Origin: an uncultured Candidatus Poseidoniales archaeon
GTDB lineage: Archaea; Thermoplasmatota; Poseidoniia; Poseidoniales; Thalassarchaeaceae
Assembly: GCA_902625325.1 (NCBI GenBank)
Contig: CACOAW010000002.1
Coordinates: 84,347 to 148,346 of the forward strand
Direction of reading: 5' to 3'
DNA: 64,000 bases
The notes beneath the pieces are model-generated. The model searched no databases and was not told the DNA's origin. It saw only the letters and a program-made list of their open reading frames with translations. Below, in pieces: positions 45,064 to 53,978 of this stretch. The number at the start of each line of letters is the position of its first letter. The first letter of the stretch is position 1. The position numbers and the translations under genes were made by a program.

Positions 45064-46077
45064 TCATCCGAAGAGATCGCCGAGTCCACCGAACCCAGCA
45101 TCCTCTTCCTCCTCTTCCTCTTCGACTTCGGCCTCTTCGACCTCTTCCGAACTTGCTGCCTCGGAGGGGGCAGCTTCAGCACTTTGAGACGCTGCTCCTA
45201 GAGCAGCTTGCAACTCTTCATCAAGAGCTGAGGAATCTAATTGTCCTGCTAGGGAAAGAGCACGAGCACGCGCTTGGGATAGTATGGAAGCAGCAGTAGC
45301 ATCGTTCAACACCCCTGCCTCAATAGCAACAGATAGTGCCTCTGAAGAGGCCTTTGAGATGAGGTTTGGAGTTGTAATGGAGGAGAACCACTTGATGTTG
45401 CATGCCAGATTGAAAGCACCAGAAGTCCCTACCACTATGTCGTTACGGAGTCCGTCCGTGTCTAGGTCCAAGTCAGATGACTGGAAAATATGCCCTTCTT
45501 CAATTGCTCCAGTTAGTATAAGTCCAATCTCAATGGGATTGACTCCCAGCTTAGCAAGCATTATCCCCAAGTCTGCCGATATCTCCTCCCCCTTGGAGAA
45601 AGTCGTCTCTCTCTGGATGGCAACCTTGCCCTTGTCGATCTTGGCTGGTATGCCCACTGCATTGAACTCTCCCACAATTGGGCCTGGACCGAACTCTGTC
45701 GGGCCTGCAGGAATCGTCACGTCATCCGGGAAAGTCTCTCCAGCCTTTGCAGCCCTGCCTTGACGGGTCTTCTCCAGTTCGGCGAAAATCTCGAAGGCAT
45801 TCATTGAGTTGCTATGGACCACGCAAGGAATGTGAGCTCCCTCCAGCAGGGCGTCTATTTCCTCCTGAGGCCTTCCAGCGTTTGACCATGCTATCCTCAT
45901 TAGCGATTTCTTGGCCATTGTGATGCTCATTCTACCTCGAAGGGTGTTCCGCATATCGATCATATTGCTCGCAGGCACACCGGACACATCGACAACTGCT
46001 ACCACTCCGTCACTGCCGAAGATTTCAGTTAGTTGTGAAACTCGATCTTTCTTCCATCCCGCTACCTTAGGAATCAA
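45064..46077 (-). CDS. rpl10: Ribosomal stalk protein P0 (uL10)
   Basis: '[18 protein letters not shown]' at the N-terminus and an acidic tail ending '[18 protein letters not shown]'. The TTG start overlaps the rpl1 stop (TTGA). Confidence 0.9.
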   Translation of the reverse strand: MIPKVAGWKKDRVSQLTEIFGSDGVVAVVDVSGVPASNMIDMRNTLRGRMSITMAKKSLMRIAWSNAGRPQEEIDALLEGAHIPCVVHSNSMNAFEIFAELEKTRQGRAAKAGETFPDDVTIPAGPTEFGPGPIVGEFNAVGIPAKIDKGKVAIQRETTFSKGEEISADLGIMLAKLGVNPIEIGLILTGAIEEGHIFQSSDLDLDTDGLRNDIVVGTSGAFNLACNIKWFSSITTPNLISKASSEALSVAIEAGVLNDATAASILSQARARALSLAGQLDSSALDEELQAALGAASQSAEAAPSEAASSEEVEEAEVEEEEEEEDAGFGGLGDLFG

Positions 46078-46718
46078 AGTATCACCTCCACCCTAATCGA
46101 TGGCCCCATAGAGGTCTTAACGAAACACGAACGGATATTCCCTGCACCCCTCTCAAGCTTGCCCGTCACTCTTTCCCAGACGGCCACTGCGTTGGAGGTC
46201 AAGTCATCGATACCCTGTTCTCTAGATCCCACTGCGGTGTGGAATGTCACTCTGTCCCTCGAACGAACGATCGCTGTATCCTTCAGTCCCGTCGCAAGAG
46301 CGGACGGATCCAGGGTAGGGGGGACCGGTCTTGGCATCTTTCCTCTAGGTCCCAGAACTCCTCCGAGGAATCTCCCTACAGTACCCATGTGCGGAATTTC
46401 CGATAGAAAGAAGTCATACTCCTTTGCTATCTTTCTGGCCCTCTGACGATTTCCACCTAAGTCCTCGATGGTGGTGGGATCGATTACTTCCAGACCCCCA
46501 GCCTTCGCCTTTGCTGCCATCTCGCCACCGGCGAACATCGCGATTTTCACTGGCTTTCCCCTTCCAGATGGAAGCCTGACCTCTTCCTGGATTCTATTTG
46601 TTGGGATTTTCAGATCAACGTCCTTGATAGTGAAAGAAATCTCGATAGATTCCACGAAGCCCCTCTCTGGTGCTTCGTCAATTGCTCTCTGAATCGCTGT
46701 TTGCAGATTTTCCTTCAT
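46074..46718 (-). CDS. rpl1: Ribosomal protein uL1
   Basis: 'FVESIEISFTIKDVDLK', 'LPSGRGKPVKIAMFA', and its position between rpl11 and rpl10. The ATG at 46718 is preceded by GGTGA. A GTG at 46727 is an alternative start. Confidence 0.9.
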   Translation of the reverse strand: MKENLQTAIQRAIDEAPERGFVESIEISFTIKDVDLKIPTNRIQEEVRLPSGRGKPVKIAMFAGGEMAAKAKAGGLEVIDPTTIEDLGGNRQRARKIAKEYDFFLSEIPHMGTVGRFLGGVLGPRGKMPRPVPPTLDPSALATGLKDTAIVRSRDRVTFHTAVGSREQGIDDLTSNAVAVWERVTGKLERGAGNIRSCFVKTSMGPSIRVEVIL

Positions 46719-46774
46719 TTTTCTCACCTCTGCGGTCCACGAGGCTATTCACCTCTCCCGCAACTCGTGTGAAT

Positions 46775-47140
46775 CTAGCTGAAATGCTCGCTAAACTCCC
46801 CCTCGCTCATTGCGTTTAGTGCCACTTTCGGCTCCATTCCTTCGACTCTGACTCTCATAGCGACGCACGTTCCCATTACTTCTCGGCAGCGCGCGTAGAG
46901 CGACTTCCCTGTCAATCGGTCCTTCTGTTCCTCGGCTATGCCCTTAATTTGGTCCATAGTCAGATTCTCAGTTGAATCCTCCCATGACCCGTTGCACTTA
47001 TTCTTCCCGAGAGCCTGAACGACTTTGTGAGGGGTCTCGTTGCGTGCTGACATGAAAATGACCTCCTTTCGCGGGACTCGCGGACCTGCTCTCCCTATTT
47101 GATAATGATGTACTCTCAGAAAATCGTTATTTCGAGTCAC
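46775..47140 (-). CDS. rpl11: Ribosomal protein uL11 with intact C-terminal (rRNA-binding) domain but internally deleted N-terminal domain
   Basis: 'LTMDQIKGIAEEQKDRL', 'REVMGTCVAMRVRVEGMEPKVALNAMSEGEFSEHF' and 'LGKNKCNGS' align with the archaeal L11 C-terminal domain. Only 34 aa precede the 'ETP' hinge, against ~70 in canonical L11. The GTG start overlaps the spt5 stop (GTGA). Confidence 0.75.
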   Translation of the reverse strand: MTRNNDFLRVHHYQIGRAGPRVPRKEVIFMSARNETPHKVVQALGKNKCNGSWEDSTENLTMDQIKGIAEEQKDRLTGKSLYARCREVMGTCVAMRVRVEGMEPKVALNAMSEGEFSEHFS

Positions 47141-48003
47141 TCCACTCTCTGAGTAACCCTGACTTGGTCTGCCCGAACAGTGAGTGCAACGGGTACTGCT
47201 GCCTCGAATAACTCAACTGTCACCTCTTCCTTGGTCTCTGCAACTCTGGTTACTCTCGCAGCCTGGCCCCTGAATGCTCCACCAGATATCTCGACAATAC
47301 AACCTTCTTCTATTCCGGAGGTCGCAGCCTTGGGTTCCAAGTAAGGAAGAACGTCCTCAAGAGGTGCCTCTCCATCCAGAACCTTGCTGCAATTCTTCAG
47401 GGGGGTGACTCCAACGCCAACTCTTCCGATCAGTTTCTGCACATGGTGCATAGCAGTGGCTTCGACGAAGATGAAACCCTTCATGTAGTGCGGACTGAGA
47501 ACTCCGAAGATTTTGTCCTGGATATCCTTGAGTGAACCAGTTCCAGACAATCTGGCACGTATCTCTCCTGCTACATTCTGCTCTTGACCGATCGAGGTCT
47601 TCAGGATATACAGGTAAGAGGCAACGTCGCCATACATCTCTCTCAGCTGCGGAGTCGCGTAGTCCTTGGTCTGAATTGCACCGGGATCTATCCACTCGCT
47701 ATTCTTGTACAGGGCTCCAGGACTAATCTCTGCCTCTTCTGTAATGAACAGAATAGGAGTGACGTCATTTAATCGATTTCCGTAAGCAAGTCCGCGTGCC
47801 ATGTCTGAGCGGACCAATTGCAGACTCTCCGAAGGAATCCCAGTGCACTCAGTAATCCTTGCAACTACTGAATCATGGTCGTTAGGATCTCCTATGCCGT
47901 GAATTCCATCCCATGCACCGGGAAAGTCAGAAACCTCATCAGAGCGCTGCATCAGAAGCACCTTCTCCCCGCTTCGAAGATATACAGTATATGCCTCTGA
48001 CAT
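47137..48003 (-). CDS. spt5: Transcription elongation factor Spt5 (NGN+KOW) fused to an N-terminal degenerate Nudix-like domain
   Basis: The Spt5 part contains 'LYILKTSIGQEQNVAGEIRARL', 'LSPHYMKGFIFVEA', and the KOW 'EEGCIVEISGGAFRGQAARVTRVAETKEEVTVEL'. The N-terminal ~120 aa contain 'KVLLMQRSDEVSDFPGAWDGIHG' and 'ARITECTGI', which look like a Nudix fold with the REUxEE box degraded. It is a single uninterrupted ORF. Confidence 0.8.
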   Translation of the reverse strand: MSEAYTVYLRSGEKVLLMQRSDEVSDFPGAWDGIHGIGDPNDHDSVVARITECTGIPSESLQLVRSDMARGLAYGNRLNDVTPILFITEEAEISPGALYKNSEWIDPGAIQTKDYATPQLREMYGDVASYLYILKTSIGQEQNVAGEIRARLSGTGSLKDIQDKIFGVLSPHYMKGFIFVEATAMHHVQKLIGRVGVGVTPLKNCSKVLDGEAPLEDVLPYLEPKAATSGIEEGCIVEISGGAFRGQAARVTRVAETKEEVTVELFEAAVPVALTVRADQVRVTQRVE

Positions 48004-48012
48004 TTTACCGCC

Positions 48013-48294
48013 TCACCCTATCAGCCATTGGAAGAACGGCGGGAAAACATTGACCATCAGAGCTAGGATCACGAAGCCTATCGCCCCCAACACAAACATT
48101 CCAATTCCACAAACGATTACAGTTTGCCGGAACTCTTGCTTAGAAGGCTTCTTGGCCATCTTCAGGATTCTAGCGTAGGAACCGGTCTGTAGTCCCTTGA
48201 CGCGCCCCTCGATCTCGTCCTGCCAGGACTGAGCCATCTCTTCGATAGGGCCCACCTTAGAGTTCTCAACCGCCATGCTAACACCTAGAAGCAT
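48013..48294 (-). CDS. secE: Protein translocase subunit SecE/Sec61-gamma
   Basis: 'ILKMAKKPSKQEFRQTVIVCGIGMFVLGAIGFVILAL' is the typical amphipathic segment plus single TM. It sits in the conserved position upstream of spt5. An alternative ATG is at 48276. Confidence 0.8.
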   Translation of the reverse strand: MLLGVSMAVENSKVGPIEEMAQSWQDEIEGRVKGLQTGSYARILKMAKKPSKQEFRQTVIVCGIGMFVLGAIGFVILALMVNVFPPFFQWLIG

Positions 48295-48367
48295 TCAGCC
48301 GACCTACAGATTCCATTTAAGGACAACGGGAAGCAATCACACTTCATCAATTCGAATTCTGATAGTG

Positions 48368-49519
48368 CTAACTCACGAACTCTACCGTTCTATTTCTCAT
48401 GTTCCTCATCTGAGTGTGTAGGGAAGCACCGTGAATCTGTTCGCTCTTCACTCCCGTCAAGACGAGAAGTACTCTGATATCGCTACCCATTGATTCGTCT
48501 GTAGTTACCCCCCAAATCATTCTCGCATACGGATTGATGCTCTCTCGGATTATCTTGGCGCACTGCTCCGCTTCTCCGAGTGTCAGACCCGGTCCACCTA
48601 CCACATTGACTAGAGCTCCTCTGGCATCTGAAATATCAATATCAAGAAGAGGAGATTGTAGTGCCTCCATGGTTGCTTTCTCGGCTCCTTCTTCTACCGA
48701 AGCTTCTCCGAGTCCAATCATCGCCACTCCTCCACCGTTCTCCATTACTGAGCGTAGGTCTTGGAAGTCGAGGTTGACGACTCCTTCCTTGGCGATCATT
48801 TCAGAGACGCCAGATATGCTCCTCATAAGGAGCTCATCTGCAACCCTGAATGCTGCATCCAGAGGGAGATCCCTCACTCCCTCGACTTCGAGCAGTCTTT
48901 CGTTTGGAAGAACTATCACAGTATCGCATACTTCCCTTAGCCTCTCTAGACCCCATTCCGCATTCTGTCTACGTACGGCGCCTTCTGATACGAAGGGGTA
49001 GCTAACTACTGCAATAGTCAGAGCTTCGGATGCTTTTGCGAGCCTGGCGACGACATGGGCACTGCCTGTCCCAGTGCCGCCACCCAGACCCGCGGTGATG
49101 AATGCCAAATCGCACTCCTCAACCTCTGTTTTCAGCACACGCTCTGACTCGTACGCTGCCTGCTCTCCCTTTTCTGGATCGCCCCCCGCCCCCCTGCCTC
49201 GGGCGGACCGACCAATCAGTACCTTGTTCTCGACATTCACCCTCAACAGATGTTGAGCATCGGTGTTAACTGCCATCCCCTTGACATATTCATCATCGAA
49301 CAGGCCCTCTTGCTCTAATCGGGCAACCGTGTTTGATCCACACCCGCCGCAACCAAAGACCCTAATCTTCGGTTGTAGCGATTTCAGAAGTTTCTCGAGG
49401 TCTGGGACTTCCTCGACTTCGGGCACTGTCGATGACTGTGGCTCGTCATCATGGAGCTCTAGAACTCTCTCAATCAGGTGCTTCACGGAAGTTAGGGGCG
49501 TTGAATAGAGGATAACCAT
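48368..49519 (-). CDS. ftsZ: Cell division GTPase FtsZ
   Basis: 'IRVFGCGGCGSNTV', 'NTDAQHL', 'ITAGLGGGTGTGSAHVVARLAK', 'VVSYPFVSEG'. Confidence 0.95.
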   Translation of the reverse strand: MVILYSTPLTSVKHLIERVLELHDDEPQSSTVPEVEEVPDLEKLLKSLQPKIRVFGCGGCGSNTVARLEQEGLFDDEYVKGMAVNTDAQHLLRVNVENKVLIGRSARGRGAGGDPEKGEQAAYESERVLKTEVEECDLAFITAGLGGGTGTGSAHVVARLAKASEALTIAVVSYPFVSEGAVRRQNAEWGLERLREVCDTVIVLPNERLLEVEGVRDLPLDAAFRVADELLMRSISGVSEMIAKEGVVNLDFQDLRSVMENGGGVAMIGLGEASVEEGAEKATMEALQSPLLDIDISDARGALVNVVGGPGLTLGEAEQCAKIIRESINPYARMIWGVTTDESMGSDIRVLLVLTGVKSEQIHGASLHTQMRNMRNRTVEFVS

Positions 49520-49574
49520 TGCCCCATTGTATATCGATTAGACAAGCGTTTTTGCGCCTTAGTCTTGATGCCAC

Positions 49575-50252
49575 TCAAGCCAGTAGCCCGCTTCTCGTTT
49601 TGACGAATCTGACAAGGAATGTGTATACTCCGCCCCAAGCTGAAATACCCAAAGCGATAGTCATGCCGTTCAACTCACTGTTCCCCAGTAGCGCCCATTC
49701 TCCTAACCAGTGGAGATCGGACATTTCTATTCCTGCTACTCCCCAGTGCGCCTGCCATGCGGTCAGAACCAGTGCAACTAGAGTTAGCACCATCCTGTCG
49801 GCTCTCGAGAATCCCCCATAAATTCTGTCTAGACCGACCGATTGAGCCTGAGTGCCCATGTAAGAACCGAATAGGGTGAGGAGGCCAGCCAGATATCCAG
49901 AGCTGACATTGTCTACGAATTCTGCATTCATTCCTATTGCAACTAGAATTCCAACATCCACTACCCTGTCAATAGTGTGGTCGAGAAAGTCTCCATATGG
50001 ACCATCAGTTCCTTGGTGCCTTGCCAGGGCTCCGTCTAATCCGTCTAAAACTCCGGCGACTAGAATTACAACCACACCTCCAACAATTAAGATTGCTCCA
50101 TTGGTGTCATTCCCTGCGGTCATAAGCAGATAGAATGCCAAAATAGACAGGATGAGGCTGGTCCAAGTAAGTAGACTAGGGTCGACGCCCTCCATTCTGT
50201 AAACAAGTGGATTGATCGCTTTCGTCCATCTCTCCCTCATCTTCTCGAACAT
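49575..50252 (-). CDS. CDP-alcohol phosphatidyltransferase family protein (archaeal polar-lipid head-group synthase)
   Basis: 'DGLDGALARHQGTDGPYGDFLDHTIDRVVD' matches the D-G-x2-A-R-x8-G-x3-D-x3-D signature. The protein has multiple TM helices. Confidence 0.85.
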   Translation of the reverse strand: MFEKMRERWTKAINPLVYRMEGVDPSLLTWTSLILSILAFYLLMTAGNDTNGAILIVGGVVVILVAGVLDGLDGALARHQGTDGPYGDFLDHTIDRVVDVGILVAIGMNAEFVDNVSSGYLAGLLTLFGSYMGTQAQSVGLDRIYGGFSRADRMVLTLVALVLTAWQAHWGVAGIEMSDLHWLGEWALLGNSELNGMTIALGISAWGGVYTFLVRFVKTRSGLLA

Positions 50253-50253
50253 T

Positions 50254-50796
50254 CTAAACCTCTCCTCTCTCTATCCAGTCGATTAGTCTGAGTGGCCTTC
50301 TCGGCTTGAAGTCATCTGCTACCCAATCCATAATTCCCTGAAACACTGTTTCCACTCCATCTGACGAAGTGTCAAACTCTATTGCCGGAACAGCATCATC
50401 CATCTCGGCCCAAGCCGATCCAAGTATCTCCCAGTCAACATTGCCTGAGATTTTTTGTTCCGGGTACGATCTTCCAGTCAACCTCTTGCTGAGAACAGAT
50501 GGACTGCATCTAAGAACAACAACGCAGTCAACCGGTAGTAGGTGAGATAGATGACTGTCAATAACGATTGATATGATCGGATCATTTTTCCATTCAGAAT
50601 GAATCTGAACGTTCAACTCGTCAATATCGATAGGCCTTGCGCCATCCTCTGAGTCAACATCATCAATACAACCAAGCCTCTCTGCAATGTCCTGCACCCT
50701 TTCGACCTGATAACCAACATCAGCTAGTAGTGATGCGATAGTGGTCTTTCCAACTCCCGGAGTTCCCGTAAGTGCCAACCTAAAGCACCTATCCAT
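50254..50796 (-). CDS. Adenylate kinase isoenzyme-6/Fap7-like NTPase
   Basis: 'LALTGTPGVGKTTIASLLA', 'VIDSHLSHLLP.DCVVVLRCSPSVLSKRL..RSYPEQKISGNVDWEILG'. I placed the start at the ATG at 50796. The ORF is open to 50823. Confidence 0.75.
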   Translation of the reverse strand: MDRCFRLALTGTPGVGKTTIASLLADVGYQVERVQDIAERLGCIDDVDSEDGARPIDIDELNVQIHSEWKNDPIISIVIDSHLSHLLPVDCVVVLRCSPSVLSKRLTGRSYPEQKISGNVDWEILGSAWAEMDDAVPAIEFDTSSDGVETVFQGIMDWVADDFKPRRPLRLIDWIERGEV

Positions 50797-50878
50797 GTAC
50801 GCATCGAGTAGTCCGAACGACAAGAATACTCCGTGCCGAATCGCAACATTGACCTAGAAAACTACCGTCCCTGCAAAT

Positions 50879-52003
50879 ATGGGAGAGTCAGTTAGCTGGT
50901 TGAAGGCAATGGACCCGAGGGAAACAAAGCTGAACATACTACTACTCGCACTACCGATAACTCTCTACTTCAACTACGTGGATCAGAACCACTCCATGGC
51001 ATTCTTCTCTTCTCTGATAGCAATTATGCCCCTGGCATTCCTCATGGGTAGAGCAACAGAGGAAATAGCATTGAGGACAACTGAATCCCTTGGTGGATTG
51101 CTGAATGCTACATTCGGAAACGCTGCAGAACTCATTATCGCGGTCCTCCTTATCTTGGAGGCATCCAGAGTTGCTGACCCAGAAACACAATCCTTCTTCA
51201 TCCAACTTGTCCAAGCCAGCCTGATTGGGAGTATCCTCGGAAACCTCCTGCTGGTAATGGGACTTGCATTCGTATGGGGTGGAATCCATCATTCAGAACA
51301 GAAATATTCCGACACACAAGTTAGCTCCAACGGCTCTCTTCTCCTCCTCTCAATGATTGTCCTGGTCATTCCGACGGTATTCCACTCTTCGGTCGGGGGT
51401 GAGGGGGTAGAATCCAGGCTTCTGGATCTAAGCCATATCGCTGCTGCGATTCTGCTCTTGGTCTATGGCCTGTTCCTGCTCTTCCAATTCCGTACCCATG
51501 TGCATCTTTTCGCTACGGACGGGTCTCACCACGAAGAACCGGAAATGACACAACGAGACTCAATCATCCTGCTGGTCGTCGCGACCGTCCTGGTATCGTG
51601 GATGGCCGAGATACTTGTTCACTCCGTCGAGTATGCTGCAGAAGACTTCGGGCTTCCCCACCTTTTCATCGGCGTCATACTTCTCCCGCTGTTCGGAAAC
51701 GCTGCAGAGCACTTTACCGCAGTCACAGTCGCTGGTAAGGACAAGATGGACCTTTCCTTCGCGATTTCTATGGGATCCTCGACCCAGATTGCTGTTTTTA
51801 TCGCTCCCCTGATGGTAATCATCGCATGGGCACTCGGTGTTCCACTGACCTTCGAGTTTGGCACTCTAGAGACAGTCTCGGCCTTCCTAGCGGTCCTAAT
51901 CGTCAACTCGATCGCAGCAGATGGGAAATCTAACTGGTTGGAAGGGGCCATGCTCCTATCATCATACGCGGTACTCGCTGCAGCGTTCCTGTTCCACCCT
52001 TGA
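50879..52003 (+). CDS. Ca2+/H+ antiporter (CaCA/CAX family)
   Basis: Two alpha-repeat signatures, 'GNAAELIIAV' and 'GNAAEHFTAV', and ~11 TM helices. Confidence 0.85.
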   Translation: MGESVSWLKAMDPRETKLNILLLALPITLYFNYVDQNHSMAFFSSLIAIMPLAFLMGRATEEIALRTTESLGGLLNATFGNAAELIIAVLLILEASRVADPETQSFFIQLVQASLIGSILGNLLLVMGLAFVWGGIHHSEQKYSDTQVSSNGSLLLLSMIVLVIPTVFHSSVGGEGVESRLLDLSHIAAAILLLVYGLFLLFQFRTHVHLFATDGSHHEEPEMTQRDSIILLVVATVLVSWMAEILVHSVEYAAEDFGLPHLFIGVILLPLFGNAAEHFTAVTVAGKDKMDLSFAISMGSSTQIAVFIAPLMVIIAWALGVPLTFEFGTLETVSAFLAVLIVNSIAADGKSNWLEGAMLLSSYAVLAAAFLFHP

Positions 52004-52004
52004 G

Positions 52005-53270
52005 TCAAACGTCCTGGTAGTACTCGGTCACGGATTCTTCCAATTCCTCGGTAACCACATCCTCGTTTAGAGTCAAAGTCCTTCCATCCCTCCTGACCGC
52101 TTCTCCCTCTACGAATACGTCCAGGACCTTAGCTCCAGAGTAGATTAGATTGGATAGCAACCTCCTCCCGTCCCTGCCAAATGGCCTCATTCTGATGTCC
52201 GATAGGTCCCATGTAACCCAGTCCTGTGACCCCTTTGTTGCCAAATCCCAGGTCTGTTCGGGTCCGAGAATCCTAGCATCCCAGTGATCGTGCCTCTGTA
52301 CGAGGCTGGCAGCCTTGGCCTCGGCTCTCAGATCCAGTGAATTATTGCTTGCTGAACCATCGGTTCCAAGCCTAACGTCTACTCCAGCCTCCTTCATCGC
52401 GGGATACGACATGGTACCTCCGCATGCCAACTTCTGATTCGAGGTCGGACAGTGGACAGCGTGAGCCCCGTGCCCGGCAAGAATCCTCATCTCTTTCTTG
52501 GTGACCCAACCGCAATGGGCGCAAACCGTGCCTCCGCTCTCTGCGTCCTGGAAGTAGTCAAGAGAGTCAAGATACTCAATGGGGTACATGCCGTGTTTGG
52601 CATGACAGTCGGCCACTTCCTTCCTGGTCTCAGAAGTATGTATGTGCAACAGTGATCCTGTCTTTTTCGCTAGCTCTGAGCCCTTGCGAAGTATCTCCTC
52701 GTCACAGACGTAAACTGAGTGTGTGCCTATTCCGTACTCGATTCTGCCAGGACGAGGGGAAGGTTCGGTGATCAGACTCTCCATGTGGCGCAAAGCATCT
52801 CCGGAGCCCGGCTTGAAGTTGGGTGTCAAACCATCAGTAATTGGCCCGCATAGCGTTGCCCTGACACCTGTTTCTGCTAGTGTCTCACCGACGGTCTGAG
52901 TGTAGTAGTACATGTCGCAAGCATAGGTTGTACCGGTTGCGATCATCTCTGCAGCAGCAGCCCTTGTTCCGATTTCCACCAGCTCACTCGTGAGTCTTTT
53001 CTCGACGGGAAATATCGCTGTTTCCAACCACTCCATGAGGGGCAAACCCTCTCCCATTCCTCGATTGAGAATCATCCCGAGGTGCGTGTGCCAGTTCTGC
53101 AATGAGCGGGTTATCAAGCGATTCTTCCCATTGATAGCCTCGATTACGTCCTCGTCGCCTTTGCTATCTGACACAGATCCATCGCTGTGTAGCAGGAAGT
53201 CCCCTCTGTTGGCGGAACCATCCTCTCCAATTAACCACGTATTCGTGATTCTCCTAGTGCCGGATTCCAT
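52005..53270 (-). CDS. mtaD: Amidohydrolase, MTA/SAH (or 5'-deoxyadenosine) deaminase-like
   Basis: 'NWHTHLGM' (HxH), 'LHIHTSET', 'CAHCGW', 'LGTDGSASNNSLDL'. The ATG at 53270 avoids overlap with the upstream FAH gene. The ORF is open to 53306. Confidence 0.7.
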   Translation of the reverse strand: MESGTRRITNTWLIGEDGSANRGDFLLHSDGSVSDSKGDEDVIEAINGKNRLITRSLQNWHTHLGMILNRGMGEGLPLMEWLETAIFPVEKRLTSELVEIGTRAAAAEMIATGTTYACDMYYYTQTVGETLAETGVRATLCGPITDGLTPNFKPGSGDALRHMESLITEPSPRPGRIEYGIGTHSVYVCDEEILRKGSELAKKTGSLLHIHTSETRKEVADCHAKHGMYPIEYLDSLDYFQDAESGGTVCAHCGWVTKKEMRILAGHGAHAVHCPTSNQKLACGGTMSYPAMKEAGVDVRLGTDGSASNNSLDLRAEAKAASLVQRHDHWDARILGPEQTWDLATKGSQDWVTWDLSDIRMRPFGRDGRRLLSNLIYSGAKVLDVFVEGEAVRRDGRTLTLNEDVVTEELEESVTEYYQDV

Positions 53271-53289
53271 CTTAGCACTCCTGAAATCC

Positions 53290-53889
53290 CTATTCGCATA
53301 CTGCATTCAGTACGCTGATTCTCTCTCCTTCACAATTGTCCATCCAGGCATTCACTGAATCGCCCGGGCTCATTGGCCCAACTCCCTTCGGAGTCCCCGT
53401 CCATACCAGATCCCCCGACTCTAGGTCGTACCAGTTGTTGAGATGTTCCAACAAGGATTCAACCGAGTGAACCATGGTCTCTGTTGAGGCTAGTTGCCTA
53501 GTTTCCCCGTTCAATGACAGGCCTATCTCCATCGGCCTTTCGTCCCAGTCAGTCCAGGTTCCAAGTACTCCAGACCCTCTGAAACCCTTTCCCTCGAGCC
53601 AGGGCCACCCCTCCCTCTTTGCCATGGTCTGGCGGGTCCTGTTGGTCGTGTCAATCCCCACACACATCTGTGCTGGAGTGAGATCCTCTCCCAACCTGAA
53701 GACCATCTCAACTTCATGGTCTACGTGCTCATCCGGCCTAAGAAGAGTCACAACATTCTCTCCAGCTTCAGTCGCCTCTACCATCGCGGAGGGGGGCATC
53801 AGGAAGAACCTCGGATAGTCAGTCACGTCCCCTAGTATTTCCTTCGCATGTCCAGCATAGTTTCTGAAAACGGCCCAGCCAACTCCCAT
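53290..53889 (-). CDS. Fumarylacetoacetate hydrolase (FAH) family protein
   Basis: 'FRNYAGHAKE', 'HEVEMVFRLG', 'GIDTTNRTRQ', 'KGFRGSGVLG', 'GDLVWTGTPKGVGPMSPGD'. I placed the start at Met18 of the ORF. The ORF is open to 53940. Confidence 0.75.
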   Translation of the reverse strand: MGVGWAVFRNYAGHAKEILGDVTDYPRFFLMPPSAMVEATEAGENVVTLLRPDEHVDHEVEMVFRLGEDLTPAQMCVGIDTTNRTRQTMAKREGWPWLEGKGFRGSGVLGTWTDWDERPMEIGLSLNGETRQLASTETMVHSVESLLEHLNNWYDLESGDLVWTGTPKGVGPMSPGDSVNAWMDNCEGERISVLNAVCE

Positions 53890-53978
53890 GGTTGTTCTAG
53901 TCAGGCACCAATGATTAGCCAATCGGTGCGTTCTCCTCACTCATCAGGTTGAAGGACGATGCCTTGCTGACAACTGGC

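Noticed and set aside
44560-45299. Plus-strand ORFs of 213 aa and 190 aa overlapping rpl12/rpl10
   Set aside because: They lie antisense to unmistakable P1 and P0 genes. The translations are Pro/Ala/Ser/Leu-rich artefacts of the acidic-tail repeats.
45284-46446. Plus-strand ORFs antisense to rpl10 and rpl1
   Set aside because: The ribosomal proteins on the minus strand are certain, and these ORFs show no motifs.
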